Positions 24,677-32,000 of a stretch of DNA of 32,000 nucleotides are shown here, piece after piece. The position numbers were made by a program, and so were the translations under genes. The stretch's first letter is position 1. Each line of letters starts with the position of its first letter. Under the pieces are notes generated by a model. It was given only the letters and a program-made list of their open reading frames with translations. It had not been told where the DNA came from and did not search any database. Origin of the DNA: Bacillus subtilis subsp. subtilis str. 168 (GTDB lineage Bacteria; Bacillota; Bacilli; Bacillales; Bacillaceae); the NCBI RefSeq assembly GCF_000009045.1, contig NC_000964.3, positions 1,980,001 to 2,012,000 on the forward strand, given 5' to 3'.

Positions 24677-26440
24677 ATGAAAAGAACGTGGAACGTCTGT
24701 TTAACAGCTCTGCTTAGTGTTCTGTTAGTCGCTGGAAGTGTCCCTTTTCACGCGGAAGCTAAAAAACCGCCCAAAAGCTACGATGAGTACAAACAAGTAG
24801 ATGTTGGAAAAGACGGCATGGTTGCGACCGCACATCCTCTTGCTTCTGAAATCGGTGCTGATGTGCTGAAAAAAGGAGGAAATGCTATTGACGCAGCGGT
24901 TGCCATTCAATTTGCACTCAATGTAACAGAGCCGATGATGTCAGGTATTGGCGGCGGCGGTTTTATGATGGTGTATGACGGAAAAACGAAGGATACAACG
25001 ATAATCGACAGCCGTGAGCGTGCTCCAGCAGGCGCAACTCCTGATATGTTTCTGGACGAAAACGGCAAAGCAATTCCTTTCTCTGAACGTGTAACAAAAG
25101 GTACTGCCGTTGGTGTTCCAGGCACTCTGAAAGGGCTGGAAGAAGCCTTGGATAAATGGGGAACCCGTTCGATGAAGCAATTAATTACCCCTTCTATTAA
25201 ACTCGCTGAAAAAGGCTTTCCGATTGATTCGGTGTTGGCAGAGGCCATTTCTGATTATCAGGAAAAGCTTTCACGGACTGCCGCAAAAGATGTATTTTTA
25301 CCAAATGGCGAACCGCTTAAAGAAGGAGATACCCTTATTCAAAAGGATTTGGCTAAAACATTTAAGCTTATTCGCTCCAAAGGCACTGACGCTTTTTATA
25401 AAGGAAAATTCGCCAAGACGCTTTCTGACACTGTCCAGGATTTCGGCGGATCAATGACAGAAAAAGATTTAGAAAATTACGACATTACAATTGATGAACC
25501 GATTTGGGGAGATTATCAAGGCTATCAAATCGCTACTACTCCTCCTCCAAGCTCCGGCGGTATTTTCTTATTGCAAATGCTGAAAATCCTTGATCATTTT
25601 AACCTTTCACAATACGATGTCCGCTCATGGGAAAAATATCAGCTGCTTGCTGAAACGATGCATTTGTCATATGCCGACCGTGCGTCTTACGCAGGTGATC
25701 CCGAATTTGTAAATGTTCCTCTCAAAGGCCTGCTTCACCCCGATTATATTAAAGAACGCCAGCAATTAATCAACCTAGATCAAGTGAATAAAAAACCGAA
25801 AGCCGGTGACCCTTGGAAATACCAAGAAGGATCAGCAAACTATAAACAAGTTGAACAGCCGAAAGACAAAGTAGAAGGCCAAACAACCCACTTTACAGTT
25901 GCTGACCGTTGGGGAAATGTTGTTTCTTATACAACAACAATCGAACAGCTATTCGGAACGGGTATTATGGTCCCTGATTACGGTGTTATTTTAAACAATG
26001 AATTAACGGATTTTGATGCGATACCAGGCGGAGCTAACGAAGTACAGCCAAACAAACGGCCTTTAAGCAGCATGACCCCGACGATTTTATTTAAGGATGA
26101 CAAGCCTGTCCTCACGGTTGGATCTCCTGGCGGGGCCACAATTATTTCATCCGTTTTGCAAACCATTCTCTACCACATTGAATATGGTATGGAATTAAAA
26201 GCAGCTGTTGAAGAGCCGAGAATTTACACAAACAGCATGAGCTCTTACCGTTACGAAGACGGAGTTCCTAAAGATGTCCTCAGCAAGCTAAACGGCATGG
26301 GCCACAAATTCGGCACAAGTCCGGTGGATATCGGAAACGTGCAAAGTATATCGATCGACCATGAAAACGGCACCTTTAAAGGTGTAGCTGATTCAAGCAG
26401 AAACGGCGCGGCGATCGGCATTAATTTAAAACGTAAATAA
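24677..26440 (+). CDS. ggt: Secreted gamma-glutamyltranspeptidase, 587 aa
   Basis: Signal peptide; GGNAIDAAVAIQFALNVTEPMMSGIGGGGFMMVYDG; catalytic Thr in TTHFTVADRWGNVVSYTTT; GSPGGATIISSVLQT. RBS TAGGAGGG. Confidence 0.96.
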   Translation: MKRTWNVCLTALLSVLLVAGSVPFHAEAKKPPKSYDEYKQVDVGKDGMVATAHPLASEIGADVLKKGGNAIDAAVAIQFALNVTEPMMSGIGGGGFMMVYDGKTKDTTIIDSRERAPAGATPDMFLDENGKAIPFSERVTKGTAVGVPGTLKGLEEALDKWGTRSMKQLITPSIKLAEKGFPIDSVLAEAISDYQEKLSRTAAKDVFLPNGEPLKEGDTLIQKDLAKTFKLIRSKGTDAFYKGKFAKTLSDTVQDFGGSMTEKDLENYDITIDEPIWGDYQGYQIATTPPPSSGGIFLLQMLKILDHFNLSQYDVRSWEKYQLLAETMHLSYADRASYAGDPEFVNVPLKGLLHPDYIKERQQLINLDQVNKKPKAGDPWKYQEGSANYKQVEQPKDKVEGQTTHFTVADRWGNVVSYTTTIEQLFGTGIMVPDYGVILNNELTDFDAIPGGANEVQPNKRPLSSMTPTILFKDDKPVLTVGSPGGATIISSVLQTILYHIEYGMELKAAVEEPRIYTNSMSSYRYEDGVPKDVLSKLNGMGHKFGTSPVDIGNVQSISIDHENGTFKGVADSSRNGAAIGINLKRK

Positions 26441-26443
26441 ATA

Positions 26444-26479
26444 AAAAACTGTACTCGCTTCAAATGAGTACAGTTTTTT
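26444..26479. terminator. Bidirectional terminator between convergent ggt and yofA
   Basis: 13-bp stem AAAAACTGTACTC/GAGTACAGTTTTT. Confidence 0.88.
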
Positions 26480-26540
26480 CATGCAGATCTTTAAAATAAA
26501 AACTGACAAACGTCTTTATTCTGCTAATGCACGTCTATCT

Positions 26541-27398
26541 TCATCTTTTCATTTCGTTTATCTCATCAAGAAATGTCTGAAACGCACTCGTAATAAAAAA
26601 GTCTTTCCTGTATATAAAGACGATCTCTAAGTCTTGATATGATGGTGGCAGCTGATGAATCCATACATTTGTACGATGCTCGGAGCCGTCAACAGCGGAC
26701 TTTGGGAGCAGCGCCGTACCCATCCCGGCGGAAACACCTTTTATAATAGCCTCCAATGTGCCAAACTCTATGATTTTTTGATTGTGTATGCCTGCTTCCT
26801 CTAGTAATCTTTTGACCCTGTCACGATGAGAACAGCCAGCCCCAAAAAAGAGCATCGGCTGCTGAAGCATGTCTTCTGCCGTCCCTTCTCGTGATGAAAT
26901 CAAAACTAATTCATCATGGGAGACATGGAGTTGTCTAACTGCAGCGTGTTCAACCGGCCCATATACAAAAGCGCCATCAACTTTATGATCAAGAACCTGT
27001 TGAATCAAATGATGCGTATCAGCTGTGTTCACTGATAAATCCACTTCAGGAAAACGCCTGAGGAAGGATGCTGCATGCTCAGGCAGATGCGTTACCGCCA
27101 TTGTTTCCAGTGATCCGATCCGCAAAGGCCCTTTTGGTTGCCTGCTCATTCGGGTCGATTTTTCAGCTTGGTCTAACAGCGATAATACTTGATCTGCATA
27201 TTGTAAAAGATTTTCTCCTGCAGCAGTCAGCTTCATTCCCCGATTCGTTCGATGAAAAAGCCTGATATTCAAATCTTCCTCAAGGTTATGCACTCTGGCT
27301 GTCACATTCGACTGAACATAATTCAGCATTTGGGCTGCTTTCGTTATGCTTCCTTCGCGAGCAACAGCCTGAAAAATCTTTAAATCTCCGCTTTCCAC
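26541..27398 (-). CDS. yofA: LysR-family transcriptional regulator, 285 aa (GTG start)
   Basis: N-terminal wHTH GDLKIFQAVAREGSITKAAQMLNYVQSNVTARVHNLEEDLNIRLFHRTNRGMKLTAAG. Confidence 0.92.
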   Translation of the reverse strand: MESGDLKIFQAVAREGSITKAAQMLNYVQSNVTARVHNLEEDLNIRLFHRTNRGMKLTAAGENLLQYADQVLSLLDQAEKSTRMSRQPKGPLRIGSLETMAVTHLPEHAASFLRRFPEVDLSVNTADTHHLIQQVLDHKVDGAFVYGPVEHAAVRQLHVSHDELVLISSREGTAEDMLQQPMLFFGAGCSHRDRVKRLLEEAGIHNQKIIEFGTLEAIIKGVSAGMGTALLPKSAVDGSEHRTNVWIHQLPPSYQDLEIVFIYRKDFFITSAFQTFLDEINEMKR

Positions 27399-27525
27399 GC
27401 GCTCTCACCTGCTTGCTATGATGAAAAGTGATATTGGCTATCATATTTGTTCATTTTACTCGAAGAAAACCGCTATGTAAAATATGTAAAGATATGAAAA
27501 TACAATTAATGAGGAGGCAGACAGC

Positions 27526-28515
27526 ATGAAAGCTGTAATTCACAACGGAAAAGCCGGTCTTCTGGGGTTATCAGTTCAGGACGTTCCATCAACAAAGCCT
27601 GGATACGGAGAGGTAAAGGTTAAATTAAAATCTGCAGGCCTGAATCATCGTGACTTGTTTCTTATGAAAAACAAATCTGAACAAGATCCTCACATGATAC
27701 TGGGTTCTGACGGCGCGGGTATCATCGAAGAGATTGGTGAAGGCGTGAAAAATGTTACTGTTCAGACAGAAGTAGTCATTTTCCCGACATTGAACTGGGA
27801 TTTGACAGAAAATGTTCCACCTGTACCTGAGATTCTGGGAGGTCCTTCGGACGGAACACTTGCTGAATATGTGATCATTCCTTCACAAAATGCAATCAAA
27901 AAACCTGCTTATTTATCTTGGGAAGAAGCGGGCGTTTTACCTTTATCCGCTTTAACTGCATATCGGGCTCTGTTTACAAAGGGGCAATTAAAAAAAGGCG
28001 AGCATCTATTGATACCCGGCATCGGCAGCGGTGTAGCAACCTACGCTTTATTTATGGCTAAGGCGATTGGGGCAACAGTAAGCGTGACCTCCCGCAGTGA
28101 GGAGAAAAGAAAAAAGGCGCTGAAATTAGGTGCTGATTACGCATTTGACAGCTACAGCAATTGGGATGAGCAGTTGCAGGGAAAAAAGATAGATGTTGTT
28201 CTTGACAGCATAGGACCTGCCCTCTTTTCGGAATACTTCCGCCATGTAAAACCAAATGGCCGTATTGTCAGCTTTGGGGCAAGCTCAGGGGATAATCTCA
28301 GTTTTCCGGTGCGTTCTTTATTCTTTCCTCAGGTCAATGTTTTGGGAACCTCGATGGGAAGCGGTGAGGAATTTCAAGCTATGCTCGCTTTCATTGACAA
28401 ACATAAGCTGCGGCCTGTAATTGACCGGATATATCCTTTAGAAAAAGCATGTGAAGCATATAAAAGAATGCAGGAAGGCAGACAGTTTGGAAACATCGGG
28501 ATCGTAATGGAATAA
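27526..28515 (+). CDS. yogA: Zinc-type alcohol dehydrogenase / quinone oxidoreductase-like protein (MDR superfamily), 329 aa
   Basis: [61 protein letters not shown] Rossmann region. RBS GAGGAGG. Confidence 0.9.
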
Positions 28516-28555
28516 AAAAAGAAACCGGCTGGCAGCCAGACCGGTTTCTCTTATA
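28513..28555. terminator. Bidirectional terminator between convergent yogA and gltB
   Basis: GAAACCGGCTGG...CCAGACCGGTTTC hairpin (28521-28532/28536-28548) flanked by A and T runs. Confidence 0.85.
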
Positions 28556-28571
28556 TGATAATCCCCTTTAT

Positions 28572-30053
28572 TTACGGAAGAACTGAACTCCCCATCAAAT
28601 ATCGATCCACTTCACGCGCCACTTCACGGCCTTCATTAATCGCCCATACGATTAAGCTTTGCCCTCTTCTTGCATCCCCTGCGGCGAATACACCATCGAT
28701 ATTTGTTTGATAATCCCCATATGCTGCACTGATTTTGTTATTTACTGAATTAACACCGAACTGTTTCAACAGCGGCTGTTCTGTGCCTTCAAAGCCGATA
28801 GCGATAAAGACAAGCTGAGCAGGCCATACTTTTTCCGTTCCAGGCAGCTCGCGGAACTCGTATTTTCCATGCTCATTTTTCACTTTTTCCATTTGGATGG
28901 TATGAAGCTCTTTCAGCTTTCCGTTTTTATCCGCGACCATTTTTGTCGTTTGAATGGAGTATTCTCTCGGATCTCTTCCGAATTTTGCTTCTGCTTCCTC
29001 GTATGCATATTCAAGCGTAAAGACGTGTGGCTGTTCAGGCCACATATTGTCATTCGTGCGGGCTGGCGGAAGTTTCGGGTGTTTGCCGAATTGGTGCACG
29101 CTTTTGGCTTTTTGACGCAGAGCGGTAGCCACACAGTCAGCTCCTGTATCTCCGCCTCCGATTACGATGACATCTTTCCCTTTGGCATCAATGAATTGCT
29201 TGTCTTTAAAATTAGAATCTAAATAGCTTTTTGTTGCAAGTGTGAGGTAGTCCATTGCGTAATGGACTCCTTTTGAGTCGCGTCCTTCGATTAAGAGGTC
29301 CCGCTGTTTTTGAGCGCCTGTGCATAAGATCACAGCATCAAATTGCTCCTTTAGCTCATCAGCTGTAATGTCAACACCGATTTCTGTGTTCGTGACAAAA
29401 TCAATTCCCTCTTGCGTCAGCAATTTAATTCGGCGTTCTACAATGCCCTTCTCAAGCTTCATGTTTGGAATGCCGTATGTTAAAAGGCCGCCCGCTCTGT
29501 CTGCTCGTTCAAAAACAGTGACGGAATGTCCCGCTTGATTCAGCTGGTCAGCACTCGCCAGTCCGGCTGGGCCTGACCCGACGATGGCCACTTTTTTGCC
29601 TGTTCGTTTTTTTGGAATTCTAGGTTGAATCCAGCCGTTCTCAAATCCTTTATCGATAATGGTCCGCTCGATGTTTTTAATTGATACGGCCGGATCTGAA
29701 ATCGCTAAAGTGCATGATCCTTCACAAGGAGCGGGGCATACCCGCCCTGTGAATTCAGGAAAGTTGTTTGTTTTCAACAGACGTTCCAATGCTTCCTTCC
29801 ATCTGCCCCGGTAGACAAGATCATTCCATTCAGGAATTAAGTTGTAAATCGGACAGCCGGATGTAAATCCGTTAATGTCCGCACCGATCTGGCAAAACGG
29901 TGTACCGCAATCCATACACCGCGCCCCTTGCCGTTTCGATGCTTCTTCTGAAAAAGGAGCAGAATATTCTTTCCAATCCTTTAAGCGAGTGAGAGGGTCC
30001 CGCTCCGCAGGTTTTTCTCGTTTGATCTCCATAAATCCAGTTGGTTTCCCCAT
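28572..30053 (-). CDS. gltB: Glutamate synthase (NADPH) small subunit, 493 aa
   Basis: CxxCGxPFCQ...CP Fe-S motifs (RCMDCGTPFCQIGADINGFTSGCPI), two nucleotide-binding folds (VAIVGSGPAGLASADQL, VIVIGGGDTGADC), GDARRGQSLIVWAINEGREVA. Confidence 0.96.
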   Translation of the reverse strand: MGKPTGFMEIKREKPAERDPLTRLKDWKEYSAPFSEEASKRQGARCMDCGTPFCQIGADINGFTSGCPIYNLIPEWNDLVYRGRWKEALERLLKTNNFPEFTGRVCPAPCEGSCTLAISDPAVSIKNIERTIIDKGFENGWIQPRIPKKRTGKKVAIVGSGPAGLASADQLNQAGHSVTVFERADRAGGLLTYGIPNMKLEKGIVERRIKLLTQEGIDFVTNTEIGVDITADELKEQFDAVILCTGAQKQRDLLIEGRDSKGVHYAMDYLTLATKSYLDSNFKDKQFIDAKGKDVIVIGGGDTGADCVATALRQKAKSVHQFGKHPKLPPARTNDNMWPEQPHVFTLEYAYEEAEAKFGRDPREYSIQTTKMVADKNGKLKELHTIQMEKVKNEHGKYEFRELPGTEKVWPAQLVFIAIGFEGTEQPLLKQFGVNSVNNKISAAYGDYQTNIDGVFAAGDARRGQSLIVWAINEGREVAREVDRYLMGSSVLP

Positions 30054-30069
30054 GTTCCTCTCCCCTTCC

Positions 30070-32000
30070 TTACTGTACTACCGCTTGTTTTTGTCCCGAT
30101 GCTGCTGTATTCTGCTTTGGCTTCGTGTTGGCCTCAAAAGCGAACATGATGGCTTCTTCATCTGATAAACCTGCAGCTTTTTGCTCTTCGATGCTTGCGA
30201 GCATTTGTTTATAGTTTTTCGGAATGACTTTGACGAATTTTTTCACACTGTCTTCCCATTGATCTAGCAGATCTTCTGCTTTTTGGCTGTTTGTATACGC
30301 AGTATGTCTTTCAAGCATTGCTTTGATTTGCTGGATTTCTTTCTCATCCTCTAATGATTCAAATAAAATCATCTCAAGGTTGCATTTGCGTTTAAACGCT
30401 TTGACATCTTCGGTCAGTACATAAGCGATTCCGCCGGACATACCTGCCGCAAAGTTTTTGCCTACATCACCGAGAACGACAACGCTGCCGCCAGTCATGT
30501 ATTCACAGCCGTGGTCGCCGATGCCTTCTACAACTACGTTCACACCGCTGTTTCGAACGGCAAAGCGTTCACCAGCACGCCCGTTAATATATGCTTCTCC
30601 GCTTGTCGCACCGTAAAAAGCCACGTTGCCGATAATGACATTGTCATCCGAAGCAGAGTTGAATCCTTCTGATGACTTGACGATGATTTTTCCGCCAGAA
30701 AGCCCTTTTCCGACGTAATCATTTGAGTCTCCGTCCAAATAAAGCGTCATCCCTTTAGGAACGAAAGCTCCAAAGCTTTGGCCGGCTGATCCGGTAAAGT
30801 GCAGCTTGATTGTATCTTCAGGAAGACCTTCTTCTCCGTAACGCTTTGAGATTTCACTGCCGGTTATCGTTCCGGCTACACGATTTGTATTATTGATTTC
30901 AATCGAAATATCAGCTTCTTTTCCAGATTCGATGGCTTCTTGTACGGCCGGGAGAATTGTTGTAATATCAAGTGATTGATCAATTTTATGATTTTGCGGC
31001 GATTGGAACGTCCGCACCCCTTCAGGCTGATAAAGAAGGGTAGACAAATCAAGCTGGCTTGCTTTCCAGTGCTCCTTTGCCCGTTCACTTGCATGAAGTA
31101 CATCAGTGCGGCCGATCATTTCATCAAATGTCTTGAAGCCTAACGCAGCCATGTACTCACGAACTTCTTCGGCAATGAACAGCATATAGTTCACAATATG
31201 GTCAGGATCTCCCATGAACTTTTTGCGAAGCTCTGGATTTTGTGTCGCTACACCGACAGGGCATGTATCCAAATGGCAGGCACGCATCATGACACAGCCG
31301 AGTACAACTAACGGAGCCGTTGCGAAACCAAATTCTTCGGCGCCGAGCAAGGCAGCCATCACAACGTCGCGGCCCGTCATGAGCTTTCCATCTGTTTCTA
31401 ATACAACACGGTCACGAAGTCCGTTCAGCATTAGTGTTTGATGTGCTTCTGCAAGGCCAAGCTCCCACGGAAGCCCTGTATGTTTAATACTGGTTTTCGG
31501 AGAAGCGCCTGTACCTCCGTCATAGCCGCTGATCACAATGACATCTGCAGTCGCTTTGGCAACACCTGCAGCGATTGTTCCTACACCTGCTTTTGACACC
31601 AGCTTTACGCTGATTCTTGCGTCACGGTTGGCATTTTTCAAATCGTGGATCAGCTGGGCTAAATCCTCAATCGAATAAATGTCATGGTGTGGCGGAGGTG
31701 AGATTAATCCGACACCTGGCGTTGACCCACGGACATCGGCAACCCATGGATATACCTTGTTGCCAGGAAGCTGCCCGCCTTCACCCGGCTTAGCACCTTG
31801 AGCCATTTTAATCTGCAGCTCATCAGCATTGACGAGGTAATGGCTTTTGACACCAAACCGTCCGGATGCAATTTGTTTGATCGCACTTCTTCTATCATCG
31901 CCGTTCTCATCTGGAACAAAGCGTTTGGGATCTTCTCCGCCTTCACCGCTGTTGCTTTTTCCTCCAAGACGGTTCATTGCGATTGCTAAAGCTTCGTGCG
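30070..32000 (-). CDS. gltA: Glutamate synthase (NADPH) large subunit, C-terminal part; gene continues off the right edge
   Basis: The frame is open through the window edge ([23 protein letters not shown]...). FMN-domain motif [32 protein letters not shown], the Cys cluster [13 protein letters not shown], and the GXGXG-repeat C-terminal domain. Confidence 0.96.
   Translation of the reverse strand, partial: HEALAIAMNRLGGKSNSGEGGEDPKRFVPDENGDDRRSAIKQIASGRFGVKSHYLVNADELQIKMAQGAKPGEGGQLPGNKVYPWVADVRGSTPGVGLISPPPHHDIYSIEDLAQLIHDLKNANRDARISVKLVSKAGVGTIAAGVAKATADVIVISGYDGGTGASPKTSIKHTGLPWELGLAEAHQTLMLNGLRDRVVLETDGKLMTGRDVVMAALLGAEEFGFATAPLVVLGCVMMRACHLDTCPVGVATQNPELRKKFMGDPDHIVNYMLFIAEEVREYMAALGFKTFDEMIGRTDVLHASERAKEHWKASQLDLSTLLYQPEGVRTFQSPQNHKIDQSLDITTILPAVQEAIESGKEADISIEINNTNRVAGTITGSEISKRYGEEGLPEDTIKLHFTGSAGQSFGAFVPKGMTLYLDGDSNDYVGKGLSGGKIIVKSSEGFNSASDDNVIIGNVAFYGATSGEAYINGRAGERFAVRNSGVNVVVEGIGDHGCEYMTGGSVVVLGDVGKNFAAGMSGGIAYVLTEDVKAFKRKCNLEMILFESLEDEKEIQQIKAMLERHTAYTNSQKAEDLLDQWEDSVKKFVKVIPKNYKQMLASIEEQKAAGLSDEEAIMFAFEANTKPKQNTAASGQKQAVVQ

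Noticed and set aside
24962-25457. Antisense ORFs inside ggt (e.g. 24907..25248 minus, 25224..25457 plus in another frame)
   Set aside because: They overlap a full-length, motif-complete gamma-glutamyltranspeptidase and have no RBS or family resemblance.
30070-31977. ORF with apparent start at 31977 ([14 protein letters not shown])
   Set aside because: Not the true start. The frame is open to the window edge ([13 protein letters not shown]) and the sequence is internal to glutamate synthase large subunit.

Overview
The window matches a known Bacillus subtilis chromosomal locus. Identification is by recognising protein families, gene order and sequence; no database search was possible. From left to right it holds the 3'-truncated ppsC, complete ppsB and complete ppsA (plipastatin/fengycin NRPS, minus strand), dacC, the aldose epimerase yoxA, the MATE transporter yoeA, iseA (yoeB), a tRNA-Arg(CCU), the recombinase-like yoeC, the excisionase-like yoeD, ggt, yofA, yogA, gltB and the 3' part of gltA. 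Adenylation-domain specificity residues read by eye predict Glu1-Orn2-Tyr3-Thr4-Glu5, as expected for plipastatin. I see no clearly undescribed biosynthetic or defence system. The best second-look signals are: (1) a ~1.1 kb nearly identical direct repeat between the Glu-activating A domains of ppsA and ppsC (constant 15,427 bp offset), with a short diverged patch just before core motif A3 and a boundary at the C-A linker; (2) a perfect-consensus sigma-A-type promoter upstream of yoeC, bracketed by two operator-like modules exactly 70 bp apart, in a repeat-rich spacer between the recombinase-like and excisionase-like genes beside a tRNA gene; (3) a marked GC mosaic inside ppsA.
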